64,000 bases of DNA from Spirochaetia bacterium (lineage in GTDB: Bacteria > Spirochaetota > Spirochaetia > CAKZLE01). Where the stretch lies: NCBI GenBank assembly GCA_963677595.1, contig OY782041.1, positions 3,552,001-3,616,000 of the forward strand, in the 5' to 3' direction. The notes beneath the pieces were generated by a model. It did no database searches. It saw only the letters and a list, made by a program, of their open reading frames with translations, and had not been told where the DNA came from. Below are positions 26,667-38,121 of the stretch, piece by piece. Positions within the stretch are counted from its first letter, which is position 1, and every line of letters starts with the position of its first letter. Both the position numbers and the translations under genes were made by a program.

Positions 26667-27665
26667 CTATTCAGCGACCTGTGCGATGGAGATCGCAGCG
26701 GTCACCACGATATCCTCGACGCTGCAGCCTCGTGAGAGGTCATTGACCGGTTTCGCGAATCCCTGCAGCAGCGGGCCGTAGGCTTCCGCACCGGCAAGTC
26801 TCTGTGCCAGTTTGTAGGCGATGTTCCCAGCCTGGAGGTCTGGGAAGATGAGGGTGTTGGCCTTTCCGGCAACCACTGAACCGGGAGCCTTCGAAGCGCC
26901 GATCGATCCGATGATCGCAGCATCGAGCTGGAGTTCGCCGTCAACGTTGAGCTCAGGTGCTTTCTCCTTGACGAGTGCGAGTGCATTGGTCACCTTGTCG
27001 ATGCTCGGGTGTGATGCTGATCCCTTGGTAGAGAAGGAGAGCATGGCAGTGACAGGTTCCGTGTCGAGGAATGCCCGGCATGAGTCTGATGCTGCGATGG
27101 TGATCTCCGCGAGCTGCTCGACGTTGGGGTCAGGGATGGTCCCGCAGTCAGAGAAGATGAACTGGCCGTCAACGCCGAGTTCCTTCTTGTCTGAGCAGAT
27201 GACGAAGCAGGATGATGCATACTTGGTCCCGGGTTTCGTCTTGATGATCGTGAAGGCTGAGAGGAGCACGTTCCCGGTAGAGTTCTGGGCACCGGCGACC
27301 ATGGCATGTGCGTCATCGAGCCGTACCATGAGGGCTCCCCACTTGAGCGGGTCGAGGACCTGCTCCCGTGCGAGTTCTACCGTCATGCCTTTGTGCTTTC
27401 GCAGTTCGGTATACTCGGCGGCATATGCCTCGATCCGGTCCGAGGAAGCAGGGTCGAGGATGGTGACGTCTGTCAGGGTGACGCCGGCTGCTTCGGCAGC
27501 CTTGAGAACCTCTTCGTTATTCCCGAGGAGGAAGACTTGTGAGGCAAGGCCTTCGTCCATGATCTTCTGGGATGCGGCGATAGTCCGCGGCTCAGTCCCT
27601 TCAGGCAGGACGAGGATTTTTTTCTTTGATCTAGCTTTCGCTTTCATCTTCTCTGAAAATGTCAT
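26667..27665 (-). CDS. pta: Phosphate acetyltransferase
   Basis: VLPEG.EPR, SDCG..PDP, AMLSFST.GS, DGELQLDAA, FPDLQAGNIAYK, NDLSRGCS. Confidence 0.96.
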   Translation of the reverse strand: MTFSEKMKAKARSKKKILVLPEGTEPRTIAASQKIMDEGLASQVFLLGNNEEVLKAAEAAGVTLTDVTILDPASSDRIEAYAAEYTELRKHKGMTVELAREQVLDPLKWGALMVRLDDAHAMVAGAQNSTGNVLLSAFTIIKTKPGTKYASSCFVICSDKKELGVDGQFIFSDCGTIPDPNVEQLAEITIAASDSCRAFLDTEPVTAMLSFSTKGSASHPSIDKVTNALALVKEKAPELNVDGELQLDAAIIGSIGASKAPGSVVAGKANTLIFPDLQAGNIAYKLAQRLAGAEAYGPLLQGFAKPVNDLSRGCSVEDIVVTAAISIAQVAE

Positions 27666-27814
27666 AATGAACTCCCATACTTATTAAAAAATACTCATTG
27701 AGCATACCAGAAATGGACACATTAGCATAGTGCAAAACCGGCAGCAGCTCATTTTTGTGGAGAGGGTGGAATGCTCCACTATACAGATGAACAGCTTTTT
27801 TATATGATAGGCGC

Positions 27815-28555
27815 ATGAAGATCGGTATATATGGTTTAGGACGTTTCGGCAGCTTCTGGGCACGTCTCATGGCACGTGAGTTCGACGTCATCGCATACAA
27901 CAGGACCCAGAGAGATTTCGACCTCCCGGGCATCACGCTCTGCACGCTCGAGGAGCTCTGCAGCGCAGATGTCATCTTCCTCTGCGTCGCCATCTCATCG
28001 GTGGAGGGCGTCTTGAAGAAGATCGCCCCGATGCTCAAAGCCGGGACGCTCGTCATGGATACCTGTTCGGTCAAGGTGTTTCCCGCGCAGAAGATGCTGG
28101 AGATCCTCCCTGAAGGCGTCTCCTGTATCGCGACCCACCCGATGTTCGGCCCGGACTCCGGGCGCAACGGCGTCGTCTCCCTGCCGATGGTCTACTCCCC
28201 GCTCAGGTGCGATGAGGAGCGTGCTGCCTACTGGCTCTCGGTCTTCCGGGACACCTACAGGATGCTCGTCCATGAGATGACTCCCGAGGAGCATGACCGG
28301 GAAGCAGCCTTCACCCAGGGGGTCACCCACTTCATCGGGCGGGTCCTCGGCGGACTGGAGCTCTCCCCGAGCGAGATCGGGACTGCCGGGTACCGGAGCC
28401 TCCTCACGATCATCGAGCAGACCTGTAACGACCCGATGCAGCTCTTCTTCGACCTCCAGCGGTACAATCCCTATACTCATGACATGCATCTCAAGCTGAA
28501 CGAGTCCTTGAGAGAGGTGCTCGCGAAACTCAACGAAGCAGAGTCGGGGGAATAG
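27815..28555 (+). CDS. tyrA: Prephenate/arogenate dehydrogenase
   Basis: IGIYGLGRFG, DTCSVK, THPMFGP, EEHDR, TQGVTHF. Confidence 0.88.
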   Translation: MKIGIYGLGRFGSFWARLMAREFDVIAYNRTQRDFDLPGITLCTLEELCSADVIFLCVAISSVEGVLKKIAPMLKAGTLVMDTCSVKVFPAQKMLEILPEGVSCIATHPMFGPDSGRNGVVSLPMVYSPLRCDEERAAYWLSVFRDTYRMLVHEMTPEEHDREAAFTQGVTHFIGRVLGGLELSPSEIGTAGYRSLLTIIEQTCNDPMQLFFDLQRYNPYTHDMHLKLNESLREVLAKLNEAESGE

Positions 28556-28560
28556 GGTCC

Positions 28561-29889
28561 ATGAGAATAGCACTGTTCACTCTCGGCTGCAAACTCAACC
28601 AGTGCGAGAGCGAGGGGGTCGCTGACGCCTTCGACAGCCACGGCTTCACCGTGGTGAGCCCGTCGGAGGAGGCAGACCTCTATATAGTCAACACCTGCAC
28701 GGTGACAAGCAAGGCCGAGCAGAAGGCGCGCCGGATGATCCGGAAGTTCGCCGCTATGGATTCACATCCCGTGGTCCTGGTCACCGGCTGTTATGCCCAG
28801 ATGGACCCCGATGACGTGGCAGCACTTGCGGACCGGCTCATCGTCGTGCCGCTGGAACGCAAAGCCAACCTCCTGCAGCTCCCTGCCTACCTGCAGACCC
28901 TGCTGCATGCGAACATATCGCTGCATGAGGGGATCACCTCCTTCATCGAGGCTTCCGCAGAGGAGGAGTCCTCTCCCTTCGACTACAAGGCGATCACCTT
29001 CCAGTACCACGCGAGGGCCTTCCTCAAGATCGAGGACGGCTGCGATAATGCATGTTCCTACTGCCGGGTGACCCTCGCACGCGGGGATGCCGTCAGCCTG
29101 CCGGCTGACGAGGTCGTGAAGCGGTGTCTCGATATCGAGCGGGAAGGGTACCGGGAGATCGTCTTCACCGGGGTGAACATCACGGCGTACCGCAGCGGGG
29201 AGTATGATCTTCCCGGGGTGTTGAAGCTCACGCTCGACGCCCTCTCAGCTGGTACGAGGATCAGGCTCTCTTCGCTCGAACCCGACATGATCACCGATCG
29301 GCTGATCGAGGTCTGTGCTGATGCGAGGGTGCAGCCCCATTTCCATCTCCCGATCCAGACAGCTTCCCCGAAGCTGCTTGCCACCGTGAACCGGGTCTAT
29401 GACCTGGAGGCTGCCTCTGCCCAGATATGGAAACTCGCGGCAGTGAAAGATGATCCCTTCCTTGCCGCTGACATCATCACCGGGCTGCCCGGGGAGCGCG
29501 ATGAGGATGCCCTGGCAACGAGAGAGTACCTTATCCAGACGGGATTCTCCCAGGTCCATGTCTTCCCCTTCTCCCCGAGACCGGGGACTGCGCTCCATGA
29601 TGCGAAGGGGAAGGTGCCTGAGTACCTGCGCGACGAGCGGGCGAAAGAGCTCCGGGACCTCTCTGCAGTACTCTACCGCCGGTATACCGGGCGGTGGGAC
29701 GGCAAGGAGGTCGAGGCTGTCATCGAGGATAGGAAGAACGGCCGGGTGACCGGTGTGAGCGGGAACTACCTGAAGTTCCCCATAACCGGGGTCCCGAGGG
29801 AACTCGGCCGGGGGGCACTCTGCCGGGTTGGGCTGAGAACGACCGCGAAGGGGCTCGCAGCGTCCTTCATCGAATTCATTCCCGTTTGA
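28561..29889 (+). CDS. mtaB: tRNA t6A37 methylthiotransferase
   Basis: TLGCKLNQCES, NTCTVT, TGCYAQ, KIEDGCDNACSYC, RIRLSSLEP, HVFPFSPRPGT. Confidence 0.93.
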   Translation: MRIALFTLGCKLNQCESEGVADAFDSHGFTVVSPSEEADLYIVNTCTVTSKAEQKARRMIRKFAAMDSHPVVLVTGCYAQMDPDDVAALADRLIVVPLERKANLLQLPAYLQTLLHANISLHEGITSFIEASAEEESSPFDYKAITFQYHARAFLKIEDGCDNACSYCRVTLARGDAVSLPADEVVKRCLDIEREGYREIVFTGVNITAYRSGEYDLPGVLKLTLDALSAGTRIRLSSLEPDMITDRLIEVCADARVQPHFHLPIQTASPKLLATVNRVYDLEAASAQIWKLAAVKDDPFLAADIITGLPGERDEDALATREYLIQTGFSQVHVFPFSPRPGTALHDAKGKVPEYLRDERAKELRDLSAVLYRRYTGRWDGKEVEAVIEDRKNGRVTGVSGNYLKFPITGVPRELGRGALCRVGLRTTAKGLAASFIEFIPV

Positions 29890-29949
29890 TTGCATAAAAT
29901 CGGGAACAACGCTATAGTAGGGAAAAACGAGAGTAGGATCGGGAAGAAG

Positions 29950-31719
29950 ATGATTACAGATATTAAGAACTCCTGGAAAAGGATTATATACACCGTGATG
30001 CAGGCCCTCGCTGAGGAGCTGACCGGGAGCAGCGACGCTGTAGGAGAGGATGACATCCTCGTGCAGAGGCCTCCCAAGCCCGAGATGGGCGACATCGCCG
30101 TTCCCTTCTTCAGCTTCGCCAAGATTCTCCGTAAGGCTCCCGCACAGATCGCGGGCACCGTCGCCGAGCGTCTCGGTACCATCGAAGAGTGCCCTGCAGG
30201 GACGGTCGTGCATGCAGGCCCCTACCTGAACATCACGATCGACACCGCAGCCCTTGCCGCCTCCCTCAGGGAGGTCATCGAACAGAAGGGTGCATCCTAC
30301 GGGATTACCGACCTCTACGCCGGGAAGAAGGTCATGGTCGAGTTCTCCTGCCCGAACACCAACAAGCCGCTCCACCTCGGCCATATGCGGAATGACTCGA
30401 TCGGGGAGTCCGTCTCCCGGATCATGAAGGCCAACGGGGCAGAGGTCAGGAAGGTGAACCTGATCAACGACCGCGGTGTCCATATCTGCAAGTCCATGCT
30501 CGCCTACCAGCAGTTCGGTAAGGGGGAGACCCCTGAGTCGACCGGCATCAAGAGCGACCACTTCGTCGGGAAGTACTACGTGAAGTTCGCCCAGTGGGCG
30601 AAGGAGTTCCCCGAAGCAGAGGCACAGGCCCAGGCGATGCTGGCCAGATGGGAAGCCGGGGATGAGGAGATCATCCAGCTCTGGGAGCAGATGAACACAT
30701 GGACCATCGACGGGATCAACGAGACCTATGAGAAGACGGGCATCTCCTTCGATGACGTCTATTATGAGAGCAAGACCTATAAGAAGGGCAAGAGCGAGGT
30801 GCTCAAGGGCCTCGAGGACGGGGTCTTCTACAAGGACGAAGAGGGGACCGTGTGGATCGACCTCGAGCCAATCGGGCTCGACAAGAAGGTCCTCCTTAGA
30901 AAGGACGGGACCTCCCTCTACCTGACCCAGGATATCGGGACGGCGATCGCACGGCACAAGGACTGGCCGTTCGACTCCCTGATTTACGTCGTCGGGTCGG
31001 AACAGAAGTACCACTTCACCGTGCTCTTCCATGTCCTCGCGAAGCTCGGCTTCACCTGGGCTGAGCAGCTGTACCACCTCTCCTACGGGATGGTGAACCT
31101 CACCGACGGGAGGATGAAGTCTCGTGAGGGTACGGTCGTCGATGCCGATGACCTCTATGAGAGCCTGAAGAAGATGGCGGTCGACGAGATCGCCGGCAAG
31201 GGTAGGGAGCAGGAGGTCGGCGATATCGAGGCGACCTCGGCAGCAGTCGCTCTCGGTGCCCTCAACTACTACCTGCTGCAGGTGAACCCGAACAAGGATA
31301 TGATCTTTGATCCTAAAGAATCCCTTTCCTTTACTGGAAACACAGGACCATATCTGCAATATATGGGGGCGAGGATCTGCTCCATGCTGAAGAAATATGA
31401 TGCGATCTCTTCAGAGGTGGACCAGCATGCCTTCAACCCGGATCTCCTGAAGGAGACAGAGGAGCGTGAGCTCATCAAGCTCCTCGCTGGATACCCGGAA
31501 GTGGTGCGGCAGGCAGGGCAGGATATGAACCCGTCACTCGTTGCTGCATACCTCTTCGACCTGTCGAAGCTCTACAGCAAGTTCTACCATGATCATTCGA
31601 TCCTCAGGTGCGAGGACCCTGCTCTGGTCAAGGCGAGAGTGACGCTGTCGGTGATGGCTCTGCAGGTGCTGAGGAATGCATTCGAGCTGATCGGTATTCC
31701 TTTCCTAGAAAGTATGTAA
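29950..31719 (+). CDS. argS: Arginine--tRNA ligase
   Basis: VEFSCPNTNKPLHLGHMRN, MKSREG, GNTGPYLQY, C-terminal LESM. Confidence 0.97.
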   Translation: MITDIKNSWKRIIYTVMQALAEELTGSSDAVGEDDILVQRPPKPEMGDIAVPFFSFAKILRKAPAQIAGTVAERLGTIEECPAGTVVHAGPYLNITIDTAALAASLREVIEQKGASYGITDLYAGKKVMVEFSCPNTNKPLHLGHMRNDSIGESVSRIMKANGAEVRKVNLINDRGVHICKSMLAYQQFGKGETPESTGIKSDHFVGKYYVKFAQWAKEFPEAEAQAQAMLARWEAGDEEIIQLWEQMNTWTIDGINETYEKTGISFDDVYYESKTYKKGKSEVLKGLEDGVFYKDEEGTVWIDLEPIGLDKKVLLRKDGTSLYLTQDIGTAIARHKDWPFDSLIYVVGSEQKYHFTVLFHVLAKLGFTWAEQLYHLSYGMVNLTDGRMKSREGTVVDADDLYESLKKMAVDEIAGKGREQEVGDIEATSAAVALGALNYYLLQVNPNKDMIFDPKESLSFTGNTGPYLQYMGARICSMLKKYDAISSEVDQHAFNPDLLKETEERELIKLLAGYPEVVRQAGQDMNPSLVAAYLFDLSKLYSKFYHDHSILRCEDPALVKARVTLSVMALQVLRNAFELIGIPFLESM

Positions 31720-31802
31720 AGTATTTATATGCTATTGACCAGTCGGCACGGCTTGTGGTATAAGGTATCCTGCATAAATTAAGATTTAAGGATGTGATTT
31801 TC

Positions 31803-32114
31803 ATGTACGCATTGGTAGAGATCAAAGGTAAACAGTACAAGGCACAGGAAGGCGATGTACTGAAAGTCGATAAAATCGATATGGCTGCTGGCGAGACTGT
31901 TGAGTTCGACTCAGTGCTTATGGTAGCTGACGGCGAGACCACCAAGGTCGGTAAGCCGTATGTAGAAGGTGCGAAGGTGACAGCAATCCTCGAGGACCAG
32001 GTGAAGGGCAAGAAAGTCCTGATCTTCAAGTTCAAGAGACGAAAGGGTTACAAGAGGAAACAGGGTCACAGACAGCAGTATTCACAGCTGCTCATCAAAG
32101 AGATTAAGGCGTAA
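31803..32114 (+). CDS. rplU: 50S ribosomal protein L21
   Basis: [32 protein letters not shown]. Confidence 0.98.
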   Translation: MYALVEIKGKQYKAQEGDVLKVDKIDMAAGETVEFDSVLMVADGETTKVGKPYVEGAKVTAILEDQVKGKKVLIFKFKRRKGYKRKQGHRQQYSQLLIKEIKA

Positions 32115-32128
32115 GAGGAGAAGCGGAT

Positions 32129-32380
32129 ATGGCTCATAAGAAAGGTGGCGGAAGCACAAGGAACGGAAGAGATTCCGAATCGAAGCGACTTGGTGTAAAA
32201 CGGGCAGGCGGGCAGTTCGTCAAGGCTGGTGAGATCCTCATCAGGCAGCGGGGAACCAAGGTCCATCCCGGAGAGAATGTCGGAAAGGGTAAGGATGACA
32301 CCCTGTTTGCAACTTCAGCAGGCACGGTGACCTTCTATACACGAATGAACCGACACTTTGTTTCTATAAAAGAAGCATAA
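32129..32380 (+). CDS. rpmA: 50S ribosomal protein L27
   Basis: [30 protein letters not shown]. Confidence 0.98.
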   Translation: MAHKKGGGSTRNGRDSESKRLGVKRAGGQFVKAGEILIRQRGTKVHPGENVGKGKDDTLFATSAGTVTFYTRMNRHFVSIKEA

Positions 32381-32414
32381 AACTAGCCCAAGTCACATCT
32401 ATTACATACCGTAA

Positions 32415-33995
<1,581 letters not shown>

Positions 33996-34012
<17 letters not shown>

Positions 34013-34589
34013 CGTACGGGCATACATACAGAATACCATCTCAGCCGAACGGTACGGCCATACCTGCAGGACCGAGGAGCTCACGCTCTCGCTGGCAGGC
34101 AGGTTTGACCTGCAGTCCGAGACTGCTTGTGCAGCAGCCCTCTGGCATGATATCGCTCGTGGCTGGAGTGACGCACGGCTGCTCGCTTTCGTGACCGAAC
34201 GCGGCCTAGAAACGCTGCCATATGAGCTCGAGAACCCGATGCTCCTCCATGGCCTTGTGGGTGCTGAACTCTTCAGCACCTGGGAGGTGGACCCTCCCTT
34301 CAGTGAAGAGGATTCCCGTAGTGTCTGGGAAGCCATCCGGTGGCACACCACCGGGCATGCGGGGATGGGGCCGCTGGGGTACTGCCTCTTCATCGCTGAC
34401 TACGCGGAAGCAGGCAGGACGCACCTCTCTGATGAGCAGAAGGAGATGATCCTCTCGCTGCCGACACTCAAGGAGATGGTGAGGACCATCATGGAGATGC
34501 AGATCGCCTATTTCGCCTCGAAGGGTGTCCATGATATCGGGCCGGGCAGGGGCCTCTATGAAGAGGTCTGCCGGGAGTGTGGATCATGA
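33996..34589 (+). CDS. yqeK: HD-domain Ap4A hydrolase YqeK
   Basis: RYGHT, WHDIAR, LLHG, HTTG, FIADYAE.GR; position after nadD. Confidence 0.88.
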
Positions 34590-35227
34590 GAAGGGCAGGT
34601 CTCCTGGTCATCGTGACTTTGCTGCTGTTCTCCTCATGTCGTTCTGCCTCCGATGAGTTCACCGTCGTGCTCTGCAGGGTCTATGATGAACGCACCGATG
34701 CCGGGTATGAGCTCCACCTTCTGATGCATAACCGCAGGAGCTCTTCGGATGCCATCCTGGTCATACGGGGAGAGACGATAGTGGAGGGCCGGAGTGCCGC
34801 GGAGCTTGCGCAGAGCCTCTCCGATGAGGAGCTGGGCAGGGTCTTCGGGGAGCTGCTGGGGATTGAGATCGATTATACTGCTGCAGTCGACAACAAGGAT
34901 GCATATGCCCTGTTTACCATCCTGGACAGCCTCGAGGCATTTGACCTAACCGAGGAAAATGAGTATGTTGATCTCTATGGCGTGCGCTGGGCCACCCTCT
35001 ACCGGAATGCGAGGCTGCTCGCGAGCGACCAGGTGATCGATAAGATCCTGGTGGTCACGGGGGATATACCGGACCGAAAGGTACGGGACTTCCTCCAGGG
35101 CATAGGGGACAGGGACTCAGACGAGCCGATGCTGATCGAGTATCGGATAGATATGTATGACAGGCCGCTGTACAACGGGATGTACGGCAGGGAATTGATA
35201 CAGGATACCATGAGACGGCTCAGGTAA
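34586..35227 (+). CDS. Hypothetical lipoprotein, possibly a degenerate LCP-family protein
   Basis: Lipobox LLFSSC; segment GELLGIEIDYTAAVD resembles LCP; syntenic position between yqeK and rsfS. Confidence 0.6.
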   Translation: MRRAGLLVIVTLLLFSSCRSASDEFTVVLCRVYDERTDAGYELHLLMHNRRSSSDAILVIRGETIVEGRSAAELAQSLSDEELGRVFGELLGIEIDYTAAVDNKDAYALFTILDSLEAFDLTEENEYVDLYGVRWATLYRNARLLASDQVIDKILVVTGDIPDRKVRDFLQGIGDRDSDEPMLIEYRIDMYDRPLYNGMYGRELIQDTMRRLR

Positions 35228-35262
35228 GAGATCCGTCTGGACCATAAGGAGAGAGGAAACCC

Positions 35263-35619
35263 ATGGGGGATGACGAAACTGGTAGTAACGTGAAGCAGCT
35301 GGCTGCTTTCATACAGGATCACAAAGGGGAAGATGTCGTATGTATCGATGTCTCCGAGGTCAGCAGCTGGGCGAGTTATTTTATCATAACCACCGTGACC
35401 AGTATGGGGCATATGAGGGGACTGATCAGGGAGCTGCGATCCGAGCTCCAGACCCTCGACATGTCTATCAACCATAAGCACAAGAAGATCGCGGAGAACG
35501 GCTGGGAGCTGATCGACTGCGGTGATGTCGTGATCCATGTCATGACCGATGAGATGCGCCAGTTCTATGAGCTGGAGAAACTCTGGTATGCCGGCAAGGT
35601 CCTGGAGTTCACGGCTTAG
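35263..35619 (+). CDS. rsfS: Ribosome silencing factor
   Basis: KGEDVVCIDV, YFIITT, WELIDCGDVVIHVM, RQFYELEKLW. Confidence 0.95.
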   Translation: MGDDETGSNVKQLAAFIQDHKGEDVVCIDVSEVSSWASYFIITTVTSMGHMRGLIRELRSELQTLDMSINHKHKKIAENGWELIDCGDVVIHVMTDEMRQFYELEKLWYAGKVLEFTA

Positions 35620-35631
35620 GCTTCGGAAATG

Positions 35632-35670
35632 AAAAAGGGTCGCTGACCACTGGTCACGACCCCCCTTCTT
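35632..35670. terminator. Bidirectional terminator between rsfS and the acidic protein gene
   Basis: aaaaa-gggtcg.tgacc / ggtca-cgaccc followed by a pyrimidine tract. Confidence 0.55.
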
Positions 35671-35672
35671 AC

Positions 35673-35942
35673 CTAATCCTCAAAATCGAAGGATTCCTCA
35701 TACCCGTAGATGTTCGTCTCTTCCGACAGGTCATTCTTCTCGATATAGAACCCCTCGTCGTTCAGGTAGTCCTCATCGTATTCATCGATGCTGTCATCGA
35801 ACGGATCGTCCTCCAGCATGTCCTCGTCCATGAATGTCTCATCGAAAACAGGCCGTTCTTTCTCAACCTCATCTTCATCGAACAGATCATCGTCAAAAGA
35901 CTCATCTTCAAAAGAATCATCATCATCGAATTCGTCTAACAA
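35673..35942 (-). CDS. Small, extremely acidic protein
   Basis: 44 of 89 residues are D/E; TTG start with RBS aggagg; divergent from ispE. Confidence 0.75.
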   Translation of the reverse strand: MLDEFDDDDSFEDESFDDDLFDEDEVEKERPVFDETFMDEDMLEDDPFDDSIDEYDEDYLNDEGFYIEKNDLSEETNIYGYEESFDFED

Positions 35943-36066
35943 TGTCCCACCCCTCCTGTGTTAACGGACTCTTTATGTGATTACCATACATATAGGAGAC
36001 TGTAATTGTCAATATTCTTTCGAAAAAGGTTTGACTGATTTTCCCTGCGATTATAGACTTTCCCTT

Positions 36067-36966
36067 ATGAAAGACCACCTGCTGATGCACGCACCCGCGA
36101 AAGTCAACCTTCACCTTGAGATCCTCGACAGACGGGATGACGGCTTCCATGATCTCCTGTCGATCTTCCAGAAGGTAGATCTCTTCGATGAGATAGAGAT
36201 CACCATCGAGGAAGCAAATACGTTCTCCTGCACCATCGAGGACGGGCAGTCGATCCCGTTAGGGGAGCATACCATCTACCGGGCTGCGAAGCTCTTCAGT
36301 GAACGTACCGGCATCCGGTTCTCCGCTGAAGTCACCTGCAGGAAGGGTATCCCTGCGATGGCGGGCCTCGGGGGCGGTTCCTCGGATGCTGCTGCGGTGC
36401 TCTCCGGCCTGCAGCAGATGACAGGTTTCCCCCTGTCCGAAACAGAACTGGTTGATGCAGGCGCCCAGGTCGGCAGTGATGTCCCCTTCTTTCTCGGAGG
36501 GTCAGCCGCCCTCGTATCAGGCCGGGGGGAGTACACCACCCCGATACAGGCGCGCAGCGACCTCTCCGGACTCCTCGTCGTACCTCCCTTCGGGGTATCC
36601 ACCCCCGAAGCCTTCAGGCGCCTGGATGCGAGACGGGAGCAGGCAGCTGACCCATACAGGCCGATCAGCAGGACGGAACTCCTCCGGTCCTACGACTCCC
36701 CGGTAACCCGGTGGCCGTTCTTCAACTCCTTTTCCCCGATCCTCATGGACCTGCACGAGGAGTATCGGGCATTCATGGACATCCTCGGTACGGCAGGCTA
36801 CCGATTCATGACGATCTCAGGGAGTGGTTCTTCTCTCCTGGCAGTGACAGAAGACAGCTCAGCGGGTATTGACTCGCTTCCGTATGGGAGTTTTCCCGAT
36901 AATGTATGGATCAGATCCATAAAAATGCTTGCTGATGACAAAAAAGCGGTTTACAATAGGACATAG
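36067..36966 (+). CDS. ispE: 4-diphosphocytidyl-2-C-methyl-D-erythritol kinase
   Basis: APAKVNLHL, RRDDGFHDL, IPAMAGLGGGSSDAA, GSDVPFF, GRGE, SGSGS. Confidence 0.95.
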   Translation: MKDHLLMHAPAKVNLHLEILDRRDDGFHDLLSIFQKVDLFDEIEITIEEANTFSCTIEDGQSIPLGEHTIYRAAKLFSERTGIRFSAEVTCRKGIPAMAGLGGGSSDAAAVLSGLQQMTGFPLSETELVDAGAQVGSDVPFFLGGSAALVSGRGEYTTPIQARSDLSGLLVVPPFGVSTPEAFRRLDARREQAADPYRPISRTELLRSYDSPVTRWPFFNSFSPILMDLHEEYRAFMDILGTAGYRFMTISGSGSSLLAVTEDSSAGIDSLPYGSFPDNVWIRSIKMLADDKKAVYNRT

Positions 36967-37020
36967 AATTATATTCATTTCCGTTACAATGAGTTGATTG
37001 AAAACATCATAGGGGGAAGC

Positions 37021-37305
37021 ATGGAAATTACCGACATCAGAGTTCGCAAGGTATCAACAGAGGGAAAACTCAGAGCTTATGTAACAGTGACGTTTGACAA
37101 CGTATTTGTCGTACATAATGTGAAGGTCATCGAAGGGAAGAATGGAGCATTCATCGCGATGCCGAGTCGCAAGACGAAGAATGGGGAGTATAAGGATGTA
37201 GCACATCCGATCAGTTCCGATTTCAGGGGCCTGCTTCAGGACAAGATCCTCGAAGAGTACCAGGTCGCTCCTGATGAGCCGGATGAGGACGGACTGGACG
37301 ACTAA
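37021..37305 (+). CDS. spoVG: SpoVG family nucleic-acid-binding regulator
   Basis: [27 protein letters not shown]. Confidence 0.96.
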   Translation: MEITDIRVRKVSTEGKLRAYVTVTFDNVFVVHNVKVIEGKNGAFIAMPSRKTKNGEYKDVAHPISSDFRGLLQDKILEEYQVAPDEPDEDGLDD

Positions 37306-37416
37306 CATCCAATAATTCCAGTCAAATATCTAGACATCTTTGAAAAAAACGTATAATCTTCCAACGTTAGAATCACGCAATCAGGAAGCAAGAGGGTAGT
37401 ATTACCCTCTTTTCAT

Positions 37417-37490
37417 TGGGGCGTCGACAAGCGGTTCAAGTCACCGGTTTTTGGTGCCGGCATTCGCAGGTTCGAATCCTGCCGCCCCAG
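37417..37490 (+). tRNA. tRNA-Gln(TTG)
   Basis: Acceptor tggggcg/cgcccca, anticodon arm ccggt-ttttggt-gccgg, T-arm ggttcgaatcc; no encoded CCA. Confidence 0.95.
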
Positions 37491-37513
37491 TACTACTCAA
37501 GAAGGAGATTCAT

Positions 37514-38119
37514 ATGAGTAATATAGTTACCCTAAAAGGGTATAAGCGAGAGTCTGTCGGTTCCGCCGCCTCAAGGAGACTGAGGAAAGAAGGATTTATA
37601 CCGGCAGTCATCTACGGCAAGCACGATCCGGTACACCTTGCGCTGGAAGCCAAGGAGTTCTCTACCGAGATCAAGTCGATCAGTGAGAGCAACATCATCG
37701 GGATCAAGCTGGGACGCAAGTCCTACCAGGTCCTGATCAAGGATTACCAGGAAGCACTGCTCACCAACGACCTCATGCACATCGACCTCTACGAGGTCAT
37801 CAAGGGCGAGTCGCTGCACACTGAAGTGGCAGTCATCCTGAAGGGTACCTCGAAGGGTGTCAAAGAGGGCGGCCTGCTCGAGCATGTCATGCATGCGATC
37901 GAGATCGAGTGTCTGCCGAAGGACATCCCGGAGTCCTTTGTCGTCGATATCACGGACATCGGCTTGAACGAGTCCCTGCACGTCAGAGACCTGACTATCC
38001 CCGAGGGAGTCAAGGTCCTGGTCAACGAGGACCGGACAGTCGTCACCGTCGTATCGAAGAAGAGTGAAGCTTCTGAGACTGCTGAGGAAGAGGTTGAAGA
38101 GGAAGTCGAGGTAGAATAA
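37514..38119 (+). CDS. rplY: 50S ribosomal protein L25/Ctc
   Basis: SRRLRKEGFIPAVIYG, HIDLY, GVKEGG, CLPKDIPE; RBS aaggag. Confidence 0.95.
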   Translation: MSNIVTLKGYKRESVGSAASRRLRKEGFIPAVIYGKHDPVHLALEAKEFSTEIKSISESNIIGIKLGRKSYQVLIKDYQEALLTNDLMHIDLYEVIKGESLHTEVAVILKGTSKGVKEGGLLEHVMHAIEIECLPKDIPESFVVDITDIGLNESLHVRDLTIPEGVKVLVNEDRTVVTVVSKKSEASETAEEEVEEEVEVE

Positions 38120-38121
38120 CC

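Noticed and set aside
29245-31359. 704-aa antisense ORF (and similar long shadow ORFs opposite uvrD, pgm, ftsH, lepA and pta)
   Set aside because: Typical antisense open frames of GC3-rich genes; no motifs; fully overlap well-identified genes.
37451-37513. N-terminal extension of rplY
   Set aside because: It overlaps tRNA-Gln; the RBS supports the ATG at 37514.
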